A stretch of DNA of 37,450 bases. It comes from Fidelibacterota bacterium (lineage in GTDB: Bacteria > Fidelibacterota > UBA2242). Made by a program: the position numbers and the translations under genes. The notes under the pieces are model-generated. The model did no database searches. It was given only the letters and a program-made list of their open reading frames with translations, and had not been told where the DNA came from. Each line of letters opens with the position of its first letter. Position 1 is the first letter of the stretch. Of this stretch, positions 8,769 to 17,368 are shown in pieces. Where the stretch lies: positions 1 to 37,450 of the forward strand of contig JBNGDF010000024.1 in NCBI GenBank assembly GCA_049975265.1, given 5' to 3'.

Positions 8769-9182
8769 CTAAAGAATCGTTTTTCTAAAATTACCGATCA
8801 GTGCAATCTGCGGCAGTTTTTTCCTTAATTTTGTATCAATTTTACAAAGATTGCCATGCTCGAAATCGCTGCGCAGGACAATCTGGCGCAAGCCCTCCAT
8901 CACTTTCGCAATATCCACGCCGCGGGGACATTTTACTGTGCAGGCGATGCAGGCGGCGCAAATCCAGGGCGTTTCCGACGTTATTAGTTCGTCTATAAAC
9001 CCCAGCTGCACTTTCCGAATTACCTGATGCGGCGGAATATCCATGAACTCTACCGCAGGGCAAGCCGCCGAACAGTTGCCGCACTGGAAACAGGCATAGA
9101 CATTGACACCGGAAATATTCCGTAGTTGGTCAATCTGATCACAGCTGACTCGGTGTGCACTGATCGTTTGATTTTTACTCAT
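8769..9182 (-). CDS. hdrC: Heterodisulfide reductase subunit C
   Basis: CFQCGNCSAACP and WICAACIACTVKCPRG; directly upstream of hdrB. Confidence 0.92.
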   Translation of the reverse strand: MSKNQTISAHRVSCDQIDQLRNISGVNVYACFQCGNCSAACPAVEFMDIPPHQVIRKVQLGFIDELITSETPWICAACIACTVKCPRGVDIAKVMEGLRQIVLRSDFEHGNLCKIDTKLRKKLPQIALIGNFRKTIL

Positions 9183-9185
9183 GAG

Positions 9186-10649
9186 TCAATCCCTCACTAA
9201 CGTTTGAATTACTTCCCGTTGGGCATTGTGAATGGTGACAATCAGGGGCATTTGTCCCGGCAGGGAGTGCGTCGCGCAGGCAAAACAGGGATCGTACGCC
9301 CGAAAAGCCATCTCGACCATATTCAGGATACCGTCATCTACCTTGCCTTTTTTTATCAGCCTGCGGGCGGCGCGCTCGATGGACATACAGATTGCCGCCG
9401 AGTTGTTTGTCGTCGCAACGATCAGATTCACGTCGGTTACACGACCCTTTGAATCGGTTTTGTAGTGGTGATAGAGTGTACCCCGGGGCGCCTCGACAAC
9501 GCCGATACCTTCGGAAGGTATTTCGCTGGGAATCGTCCTGATATCCGGTGACAGGATTTCCGGATCATTTGCCAATTCTTTGAACCGTTCGGCGGCGTAC
9601 AGTACCTCCACCAGACGCGCCCAGTGATAGGCTAACGTATGGTGCGCCGGTTTCGTCCCCAGAGTTGCAAACATTTTCTCAAATTCAGCCTGGGCAAGTG
9701 GCGTCGCCATCCCATCGGCAGCGTTCAATCTCGCCAGTGGCGCTACCCGATAAACACCGCTCTTCTTTCCATCGCTAAATCCCTGCCAGCCGATCTTTTT
9801 CAGATAGGTAAATTTCACATAGCTCCAGGACTCCACGCGCTCCTCGATATGCCTGAGATAATCATGGGGCTTAAATTTTACAAATTCTTCACCGGTCGGC
9901 GTTACGACCCGGATATTGCCGTCATAAAGATTGACGCAATTCTTTTCATCCACGAGTCCCATATAATATGTTTCATGGCGATAGATGTCACCCATAATCA
10001 AATCCAGATACTCCCGGTTTGCCAAGACGATGTCGCTAAAGGCTTGCAGTGCCAGTTGTGCGAAAGCGATCATTTCATCAGCCAGCTGCCGGTACTCTTC
10101 GGCGTCTTCCGGCTTGACCCCTTTGGAAACGCCGCCCGGCAGGTTGCAGACCGGATGGATCACCCGCCCGCCCTGTTTTTCAATCACTGCCCGGACTTTG
10201 CGACGGATAGCGATGACCTGACCGCCGATTTCCATGCCGACTTTTCCCAGCACTCCCAGAATATTGCGCTGCTCTTTCGGCGCCTTCGGTCCGACGATGA
10301 AATCCGGTCCGCCTAGGTAGAAAAAATGCAGCACGTGATCTTCAAATATAAAAGCCGAATTGATCAGTTCGCGGATTTTTTTCGCCGCCGGCGGCGGCTC
10401 CACCCGGTAGAGATCGTCGAGGGCTTTGCCGGATGCCATGTGATGTGTCGTCGGACAGACGCCGCAGATCCGGGGCGTAATGCGCGCCAGCTCTTCTGCC
10501 ATACGACCGCGGCAAAATTCCTCGAAACCGCGCAGCTCCGGAACCTGAAAATAAGCCTGCTGCACATCACCTTCCGCATCGAGAAAAATATCAATCTTAC
10601 CGTGCCCTTCCAGACGAGTTATCGGATCAATTTTTATTCGCGTGCCCAT
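9186..10649 (-). CDS. mvhA: [NiFe]-hydrogenase large subunit, group 3c (MvhA)
   Basis: TRLEGHG, L1 RICGVC, EAPRGTL, L2 RAYDPCFACATH plus a cleavable C-terminal extension; hdr/mvhD context. Confidence 0.93.
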   Translation of the reverse strand: MGTRIKIDPITRLEGHGKIDIFLDAEGDVQQAYFQVPELRGFEEFCRGRMAEELARITPRICGVCPTTHHMASGKALDDLYRVEPPPAAKKIRELINSAFIFEDHVLHFFYLGGPDFIVGPKAPKEQRNILGVLGKVGMEIGGQVIAIRRKVRAVIEKQGGRVIHPVCNLPGGVSKGVKPEDAEEYRQLADEMIAFAQLALQAFSDIVLANREYLDLIMGDIYRHETYYMGLVDEKNCVNLYDGNIRVVTPTGEEFVKFKPHDYLRHIEERVESWSYVKFTYLKKIGWQGFSDGKKSGVYRVAPLARLNAADGMATPLAQAEFEKMFATLGTKPAHHTLAYHWARLVEVLYAAERFKELANDPEILSPDIRTIPSEIPSEGIGVVEAPRGTLYHHYKTDSKGRVTDVNLIVATTNNSAAICMSIERAARRLIKKGKVDDGILNMVEMAFRAYDPCFACATHSLPGQMPLIVTIHNAQREVIQTLVRD

Positions 10650-10663
10650 AAATTTATCCTTAT

Positions 10664-11632
10664 TTAAGACCGATCATGAAATTTGACTTTCAGCGATGAT
10701 GCCAGACTGAACATGTAAAATAAACCGGCGGGATCAATAACTGACTCCGCAAAGGCTTCGATTTTCCGCTCATCTTCACTCTCGAATTGCGAACTGAATC
10801 CCGCTAAAAATTTGGCACCCTGATCGTGAACGGCTTTCGTCGGACCGAAACAGCCGCGGCAGGGCATATTGGCATTGATACAGCGCTCGCCGCAGCCCGA
10901 ACGGGTCGCCGGTCCCAGACAGACGACACCCTCCGCCAGAAAACATTTATCAGCGGGAATGTTCGCCAGCGAAATGCGCTTAATATCCATGATTTTCAGC
11001 TTATCAGGTTTGGAGTCATTGCGCAGGCAACTGTCACAGAGCGATTTATCCGGCGCAAGGATAGTACCCTTTGCCGGTAATTTACCTGACAGTATCGCCG
11101 TAATCGCTTCCATAATCAGATCCGGTGGCGGTGCACATCCCGGCACATAGTAATCCACCTCAATCACCTGATCCAAAGCCCGCACCTCTGAATGCATCTC
11201 CGGCAATTCCAGCTCGCCCTCCTCGATGTGCGTAACTGCTTCCGGAAAAACATTATCCGGATTGTTGACAGACGGAACATTCCGGTAAACCGTCTCAAAC
11301 AGCTGCCGGAGGGAAGATAAATTCGCCAAGCCGGGGATTCCGCCCAGATGGGCACAGCTACCGAAAGCAACAATCAGACCGGATTTACGACGCAACAGTC
11401 TGACCCACTCCTCCTGCTCCGCTGTCCTCACTGCACCATTAATAAAAGCAACCGCTATCGAGCCGTCAGCCATGGTTTCAATATCACTCCTTTTGAAATC
11501 CATCGCCACCGGCCAGAGCACGATATCCACGGCGTCTACCACTTTCAGAATGTCTTCCGCCAGATCAACCACCGCCTCTTCGCAGCCCCCGCAGGAGGCG
11601 CACCAGTAAAAGGCAACTTGCGGTTTATCCAT
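10664..11632 (-). CDS. mvhG: [NiFe]-hydrogenase small subunit (MvhG)
   Basis: CASCGGC, FGSCA..GGIPGL, VPGCAP, CDSC, CLGPATRSGC and PCRGCFGP. Confidence 0.93.
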   Translation of the reverse strand: MDKPQVAFYWCASCGGCEEAVVDLAEDILKVVDAVDIVLWPVAMDFKRSDIETMADGSIAVAFINGAVRTAEQEEWVRLLRRKSGLIVAFGSCAHLGGIPGLANLSSLRQLFETVYRNVPSVNNPDNVFPEAVTHIEEGELELPEMHSEVRALDQVIEVDYYVPGCAPPPDLIMEAITAILSGKLPAKGTILAPDKSLCDSCLRNDSKPDKLKIMDIKRISLANIPADKCFLAEGVVCLGPATRSGCGERCINANMPCRGCFGPTKAVHDQGAKFLAGFSSQFESEDERKIEAFAESVIDPAGLFYMFSLASSLKVKFHDRS

Positions 11633-11656
11633 TATCCCCTCGCTTTATTTAAAAAT

Positions 11657-12541
11657 TTAATGGCATTCCTCAATCTTTTTACCTATTCCGATTTTTCCAT
11701 TCACTTCCCAGGTGTGCTTTTCAAGCCCGTAGGCAACAGTCATGAGTTGTGTAAAATAAACAACCGGGATATTTCTAAAATCCGGATACTTATGCTTGAT
11801 ATCATTTTGCCGATTATCGAGGTTGAAAGCGCACAGCGGGCAGGATGTGATCACAATATCGGCACCACTCCTTTGGGCATCCGTCAGGATGTCGTACCCC
11901 AGATTTACCACGGTATCTTTATTGTTAAGGGTCAAATAACTGCCGCAACACTTGTGCCTGCAGCGCCACTCAACCGCCTCGGCGCCAAGTGAACGGATAA
12001 AATCCTCCATAATTGTCGGGGTTTCATGATGATCGATTCCGATATCTTTCGGACGCAGCAACATACAGCCGTAATAGCCGGCGACTTTGAGATTTTTTAA
12101 CGGATTTACAACCTTACTCTGAATTTTGTCAAATCCGATCTCCCTTAACAGACTGAGAAAATGGATCAGCTCCACCGAACCGTCATAATCAATCTCGTTT
12201 GACATAAAATCATTGACAACTTTGAGATCATCCGGACTGTTTTTCATACGATTGTTGGATCGTTTAAGAGTATTATAACACATAGAACATAACGTCAACA
12301 GGCGTTTATTATCCTTTACAATGCCCTCTTGATTCATCTCTAAAACCCGTACAAAATTGCGAATTGGCGCCACATGGTGAATGATATCGTCCGTAGCCAA
12401 CGAGGAGACGACGCCGCAGCAGTTCCAGCGGGGGATTTCCACAAACTCAATACTTAGCTGTTTCGCAGCAGCGATAGCCGATTCTTCAAATTTCTTGGCA
12501 AAGGATTTCAGGGTACAGCCGGGAAAATAGGGGATTTTCAT
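11657..12541 (-). CDS. hdrB: Heterodisulfide reductase subunit B, second copy
   Basis: FPGC...CCG...CSMC and YGC...CCG...CPLC; clear paralogue of 7875-8765. Confidence 0.93.
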   Translation of the reverse strand: MKIPYFPGCTLKSFAKKFEESAIAAAKQLSIEFVEIPRWNCCGVVSSLATDDIIHHVAPIRNFVRVLEMNQEGIVKDNKRLLTLCSMCYNTLKRSNNRMKNSPDDLKVVNDFMSNEIDYDGSVELIHFLSLLREIGFDKIQSKVVNPLKNLKVAGYYGCMLLRPKDIGIDHHETPTIMEDFIRSLGAEAVEWRCRHKCCGSYLTLNNKDTVVNLGYDILTDAQRSGADIVITSCPLCAFNLDNRQNDIKHKYPDFRNIPVVYFTQLMTVAYGLEKHTWEVNGKIGIGKKIEECH

Positions 12542-12556
12542 AATTTTTACTCCTGG

Positions 12557-12961
12557 TCAGGATACCAGCTTCCGGTTGGCGGCGATAATCGCAATGGGTG
12601 GTAATTCCCGCAATTCATCGGCAGAAATGCTGTTCAGGTCTACGCGGTCAATGGATTGCCGTAAATTAACGAGTCGGAGGGCTTCCGCCACTTTGGAGAC
12701 ATCCAGACCGCGCGGGCAGCGGACGGTGCAGGTATTGCAGGTCGCACATAACCACATTGTTTTCGATTCCAGCACATCCTCCTGACCTAGCAGAACTTTC
12801 CGCATTAATTGCGACGGCATAATGTCCATATCGTCAACAAAGGGACAACCGCCGGAACAGGTTCCGCACTGATCGCACAGCGTAATCACCTCCCCGCTCA
12901 ATTCCGCAATCAGTTCGAAGAAATCCACAGACTTATCATCTAGAGTAATTTTTTCGGACAT
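12557..12961 (-). CDS. hdrC: Heterodisulfide reductase subunit C, second copy
   Basis: CDQCGTCSGGCP and WLCATCNTCTVRCPRG. Confidence 0.92.
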   Translation of the reverse strand: MSEKITLDDKSVDFFELIAELSGEVITLCDQCGTCSGGCPFVDDMDIMPSQLMRKVLLGQEDVLESKTMWLCATCNTCTVRCPRGLDVSKVAEALRLVNLRQSIDRVDLNSISADELRELPPIAIIAANRKLVS

Positions 12962-15340
12962 CTATCCACGCTCCTGTTTGCCATCACCGGGATTCATCAT
13001 GACGTAATCGTAATCGGCGATTTCTTTGACCAGCTGATTGATCCGCTCAATAAAAGCGGTCATCATCCCCGACGCAAGTTCAGAAAACACAATTTGTTTG
13101 CCCGTTATTCCCATATCCTGAAGTTGCCGGGCGGCGGATTGAATGCTATCCCGGATACACTGCCGACTCCAGGGAAACCGGGAACTCTTTTCCGGACAAT
13201 CGCCGATCAATACACCATCGGCGCCCTGCTGAATTGTGTACAAAATCAATTGCGGAGTGATCCTCGCCGCACTGGGAATTCGGATGATCCGAACGTCAGC
13301 CGAATAACTCATTTTGCGGATACCCACCGCATCCGCCAGACGATAAGTGCAGGCATCATCGGCAAAAACGATAATTCGTTGCTGAGATACCCTTTTTCGT
13401 GACAGAGCCCCCTGCACCGCCGCATACAGCTGCGCATTGGTATAGCCGTGCAAATCGAGGGCTTCCGTCGGGCAGCTGGCGATACAAGCCCCACAGCCAA
13501 CACAGAGAGCCGCGATGACCTCAGCCCGGTTTTCCGTATTGATCGTAATGGCATTTTTCGGGCATGCCGAAAGGCATTTTCCGCATCCATCGCAGAGTTC
13601 ACTATGCACGAATGCCAGAATCGGATCAACTTCAAACTCTTTTTGAGCCAGCGCACCGATTACCCTCGAAGCGGCGGCACTGGCTTGCGCAACTGTATCG
13701 GGGATATCCTTCGGACCCTGCGCCGTTCCCGCTAAAAAGACACCTTCCACCAGCGTATCCACCGGTCTGAATTTCGGATGCGCTTCCTGAAAAAATCCAT
13801 CGGAACTTCTAGCCAGCTTTAGCAGATCAGCGATTTTCTCCGACGCTCTACTCAGCTGAATACCAGTCGATAAAACGATTAAATCAAACTCCGCTTCAAT
13901 AATCTTCCGGGAAAGAGTATCCTCAACGTGTATCACCAGCTTCTTATTCACCGGATTTTCACTCAACTCCGCAACCTTCCCGCGGATAAATTTGATACCC
14001 ATCGTCTGGGCTTTTTTATAGTATTCTTCATAGCCTTTCCCGAAAGCGCGAATATCGGTATAAAAAATATAGATATCGGTTTTCGGGCGCGCCTGCTTTA
14101 AAAGCGAGGCTAACTTAATGGCATACATACAGCAGACCCGGGAACAGTATTCCCGTCCGGTCTGTTCGTCCCGGGAACCGACACACTGAATAAACCCTAC
14201 CCGTTTACCCACCTCCCGGGGTGGCGGGTTTTCGGTAATATGGTCGACAATCCGCTCCATCTCAAGCCCGGTCACCACATTCCTATATTTACCGTAACCA
14301 AAAACCGGCTTCTCCCGCGGATCAATAATATCATACCCTGTGGCGACAATAATAGTATCAACGGTAAAATGAATGTCTTTTGGCTGCTGGGAAAAATCGA
14401 TCGCCTCCTGCGGACACACCTCTGCACATCGGTGACAGTCGCCGCCATTGAAAAACAGGCAGGCGTCCGAATCAATCAGATATTTATATGGAATTGCCAG
14501 CGCCGCAGGAATATAAATCGCCTTGCGGTTCAGAATTCCCTGCTCCCACTGATTCGGCACTGTCACGGGGCAAGCCACCGTGCACTTTTCACAGCCCAGA
14601 CACTGATCCATATCGATGCTGTCTTTAATATACCGGGGATGCTGCCTGGCATGAATCTCAAAATGCAGGCGATGTCCGGCAACATTTTCCACGGTCGTAC
14701 TGGTCAAAAGGCGGATACCGGGATGTTCCTGAACCTCAGCCATTTTGGGTGAAATAATACAGGCGGCACAGTCTTCAGTGGGAAAGGTCTTGGTAAGCCG
14801 CGCCATATTGCCGCCGATACTGGAATCCTTCTCAATCAGGGTTACCTCCTTACCGGCTGCCGCCAGGTCCAGTGAGGCTTGAATTCCGGCGACGCCGCCG
14901 CCAATTACCAGCACCCGGTTTCCCATGGCGATTTTCTTTTTATCCAATGGGTAATTATGTCGCACTTTCGCCAGTGAGGCAAGCAGCAGATCGATCGCCT
15001 TTTCAGTCGCAACGTCAGGATCATTGCGATGAGTCCAGGAACAGTGCTCCCGAAAATTTGCCATCTCCAGAACATAGGGATTCAGACCCGCTTTTTCGAG
15101 TGTCGCCTTAAAGGTCTTTTCATGAAACTGCGGAGAGCAGGAGGCAATTACGACCCGGTCCAGCCGGTGCTCCTGAACATCCTCAATGATCAATTTCTGA
15201 CCGGCGCCGGAGCACATGTTGGAGTGCTCTCTCAGTACAGCAATATTATCCTGATCCCGGATTGCCTCGGTTACCTTCTGAAGGTCTACGACCTTCGAAA
15301 TATTTCCGCCGCACTGACATAAATAGACACCAATTTTCAT
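12962..15340 (-). CDS. hdrA: HdrA fused to a degenerate C-terminal MvhD-like domain
   Basis: IGVYLCQCGGNIS, GGGVAG, TFPTEDCAAC, CVGSRD, CSRVCCMYAIK, EAHPKFRPV; the last ~145 aa align with MvhD (IIVFADDACTY...GADGVLIGDC). Confidence 0.92.
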   Translation of the reverse strand: MKIGVYLCQCGGNISKVVDLQKVTEAIRDQDNIAVLREHSNMCSGAGQKLIIEDVQEHRLDRVVIASCSPQFHEKTFKATLEKAGLNPYVLEMANFREHCSWTHRNDPDVATEKAIDLLLASLAKVRHNYPLDKKKIAMGNRVLVIGGGVAGIQASLDLAAAGKEVTLIEKDSSIGGNMARLTKTFPTEDCAACIISPKMAEVQEHPGIRLLTSTTVENVAGHRLHFEIHARQHPRYIKDSIDMDQCLGCEKCTVACPVTVPNQWEQGILNRKAIYIPAALAIPYKYLIDSDACLFFNGGDCHRCAEVCPQEAIDFSQQPKDIHFTVDTIIVATGYDIIDPREKPVFGYGKYRNVVTGLEMERIVDHITENPPPREVGKRVGFIQCVGSRDEQTGREYCSRVCCMYAIKLASLLKQARPKTDIYIFYTDIRAFGKGYEEYYKKAQTMGIKFIRGKVAELSENPVNKKLVIHVEDTLSRKIIEAEFDLIVLSTGIQLSRASEKIADLLKLARSSDGFFQEAHPKFRPVDTLVEGVFLAGTAQGPKDIPDTVAQASAAASRVIGALAQKEFEVDPILAFVHSELCDGCGKCLSACPKNAITINTENRAEVIAALCVGCGACIASCPTEALDLHGYTNAQLYAAVQGALSRKRVSQQRIIVFADDACTYRLADAVGIRKMSYSADVRIIRIPSAARITPQLILYTIQQGADGVLIGDCPEKSSRFPWSRQCIRDSIQSAARQLQDMGITGKQIVFSELASGMMTAFIERINQLVKEIADYDYVMMNPGDGKQERG

Positions 15341-15372
15341 AACCTGACTCTCCCTCAGAACCTAACGATAGC

Positions 15373-15400
15373 CTCTCACGCTGCTTCTCCAGCGAGAGAG
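15373..15400. other. Intergenic stem-loop between tusA and hdrA-mvhD*
   Basis: CTCTC-A-CGCTG / loop CTTCTC / CAGCG-A-GAGAG: two 5-bp helices with one mismatch and no U-tract. Confidence 0.55.
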
Positions 15401-15421
15401 ATATGTGCGTCCGACTGCCCT

Positions 15422-15637
15422 TTAAAACTGGATCTGCGCCCGATGCTTTCCGTCCCCTTCATCCATACAAAACAGCAATGTGCGTCCGGTCCTCTCACAC
15501 CAGGCTGCGATGTCTTTCGGAAAAGAGGGACAATCCGCTAAAACCTCCACCATTTCGCCCGCCGGAATCTCTTTGGCTTTTGCCGCAATTTTCAGGACCG
15601 GCTCGGGACACTTTAAACCTGTCAAATCCAACTCCAT
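15422..15637 (-). CDS. tusA: TusA/SirA family sulfur carrier protein
   Basis: 71 aa; LDLTGLKCPEP (CPxP motif), EVLAD and DIAAWC; GGAG RBS. Confidence 0.9.
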   Translation of the reverse strand: MELDLTGLKCPEPVLKIAAKAKEIPAGEMVEVLADCPSFPKDIAAWCERTGRTLLFCMDEGDGKHRAQIQF

Positions 15638-15656
15638 GGTAGTCTCCTCTTAATGG

Positions 15657-16013
15657 TTAAAATGAAAATGTCAGGGTCGCATCTTTGGCTTCGTTCAGGA
15701 AGGTTGTGGCTCCGACAATTTCGACACCTTCCCGGAAATCTTCAGCCCTTAGATCCTTCGCCTCCAACGCCAATTCGCAGACGAAGATTTTGCCACCCAA
15801 TGCTCTCAATCCCTCGTACAATTCAACAATATCCGGCAATCCTTTGGCGCCTCGCAGCGCTTCCAATTTGCCTTTCAACATAGTCGGCGCTCCGGCTGGC
15901 GTAAAGAAAATGATTACTTCATCTCCCAGAGCCGCCGCCGAAGACCCGATAATCATCGGTGGAAAAATATTCGCACCTTCTGCTCCATTACAGGTGATTG
16001 CCACTTTTGCCAT
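15657..16013 (-). CDS. DsrE/DsrF/DrsH-like protein
   Basis: AAALGDEVIIFFTPAG, GGKIFVCELAL and GVEIVGATTFL; start moved to ATG 16013 (GAGGAG RBS), giving 118 aa. Confidence 0.82.
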   Translation of the reverse strand: MAKVAITCNGAEGANIFPPMIIGSSAAALGDEVIIFFTPAGAPTMLKGKLEALRGAKGLPDIVELYEGLRALGGKIFVCELALEAKDLRAEDFREGVEIVGATTFLNEAKDATLTFSF

Positions 16014-16053
16014 TGAATTCTCCTCATTTAATGACTGGTTATTCTCATATACG

Positions 16054-16758
16054 CTATAGCGGGGGAACTTCATACGTGTAGAGATCGTCGGGATCGGTCA
16101 GCATTTTCATGCGACGTCTGGCATCGACATGCTCCGGATCCAGTTCCACCACCTTTTTTAAATGCTTAATGGCATAATCCTGATTATCTACACCCAGATA
16201 CGCCAGCGCCAGATGATAATGCACCGAGGTGACATTGGGATCCTCTTTCAGGATCGCCTTCAGACATTGAATCGCCTCTTCGTATTTGCCCGACGCCTTA
16301 TAGACAATCGCCAACTGATAGTACCCCAGCGTACCGGCAGAACTATTTTCGGTCAAACGTTTATAGGCTTCAATACTGCGTTTGAACTGACCTTTGTGAT
16401 AATGAGCCAGTCCTTCCCAGTAGGACGACATATATAACTCCGGCTCGATTTCCTGAATGTGATGAAAAACATTAATCGCATCGCTGAATCGGGTTGCCCT
16501 GAAGTATGAAATCCCCAGGCGATAAAGCGCAAAGGTATAATCGGGTTTGGCTTTTATTACTTTTTCAAATTCTGTAATGGAGTTTTTTATATCACCCAGG
16601 ACATAATAGAGCTCACCTAACTTAACCCGCAGGTCGTGTTGTTCGGGATTTTCCTTCAGAATCTCCTGCAGTTTCACAATCGCTTTCCCGATTTTTCCCT
16701 GCATTTCATACCCCAAAGCCTCCCGGCGCAGCTGTTCCAGATCACGCATAAAATGCAT
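16054..16758 (-). CDS. Tetratricopeptide repeat protein
   Basis: About six 34-aa TPR-like units (LGELYY..G...SI..FEKVI...P, HLALAY..., A...LKKVVELDP); no signal peptide. Confidence 0.88.
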   Translation of the reverse strand: MHFMRDLEQLRREALGYEMQGKIGKAIVKLQEILKENPEQHDLRVKLGELYYVLGDIKNSITEFEKVIKAKPDYTFALYRLGISYFRATRFSDAINVFHHIQEIEPELYMSSYWEGLAHYHKGQFKRSIEAYKRLTENSSAGTLGYYQLAIVYKASGKYEEAIQCLKAILKEDPNVTSVHYHLALAYLGVDNQDYAIKHLKKVVELDPEHVDARRRMKMLTDPDDLYTYEVPPL

Positions 16759-16796
16759 CCTTTCTAAATGAAAAATAACCGTTTAAGCTATCGATG

Positions 16797-17357
16797 TCAT
16801 TGATCGAGGGAATATTTTTCCACCCCCAGTTTATAAACATCGTTACCCCGTACGTCATTAGCGACAAATACCGGAAAATTCACAACCTGCAGTTCCCGAA
16901 TCGCCTCCGCTCCCAAATCTTCATAGGCAATGATCCGGGCGGATTGAACCGCCTGAGCCGTGACCACCGCAGCCCCACCAATAGCCGCCAGATAGACGGC
17001 TCTGTTTTTAACCATCGAATCGACGACAGCCTGACTGCGTGGTCCTTTACCGATCATTGCTTTTAAACCGGCATCCATCAGTGCCGGAGCATAGGGGTCC
17101 ATGCGGTAACTGGTAGTAGGACCCGCCGAGCCGATGGGTTTCCCCGGTCTGGCAGGAGAGGGACCGACATAATAAATCACTGCTCCCACCGGATCAAAGG
17201 GCAGCTCCTTCCCCGCTTGTAATAGCTCCACCAGCCGTTTATGCGCCGCATCCCGGGCTGTGTAAACAATCCCACTCAGTAACACTTTATCACCAACATT
17301 CAACTGTTCCAGCATTTCCGACGTCAACGGTGTCTGTAGTTGTATCTCCTTTGCCAT
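16797..17357 (-). CDS. Class I Fe-S fumarate hydratase, beta subunit
   Basis: GDKVLLSG..YTARDAAHKR, YYVGPSP, GPTTSYRMD and MIGKG; start taken at ATG 17357 (MAKEIQ, GAGAGG RBS) because the track's extra 88 aa overlap the alpha gene. Confidence 0.9.
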   Translation of the reverse strand: MAKEIQLQTPLTSEMLEQLNVGDKVLLSGIVYTARDAAHKRLVELLQAGKELPFDPVGAVIYYVGPSPARPGKPIGSAGPTTSYRMDPYAPALMDAGLKAMIGKGPRSQAVVDSMVKNRAVYLAAIGGAAVVTAQAVQSARIIAYEDLGAEAIRELQVVNFPVFVANDVRGNDVYKLGVEKYSLDQ

Positions 17358-17368
17358 TTTCAACCTCT

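Noticed and set aside
5377..15340. Selenocysteine (UGA read-through) in HdrA, MvhA or MvhD
   Set aside because: All ORFs are full length, with Cys at the positions where Sec occurs in some homologues (DPCFAC, CSQC/CAAC, MvhD cysteines)
12962..15340. QmoB of a sulfate reduction system
   Set aside because: It shares the HdrA-MvhD layout, but there is no aprAB, sat, qmoA or qmoC, and it is followed by hdrCB and a hydrogenase
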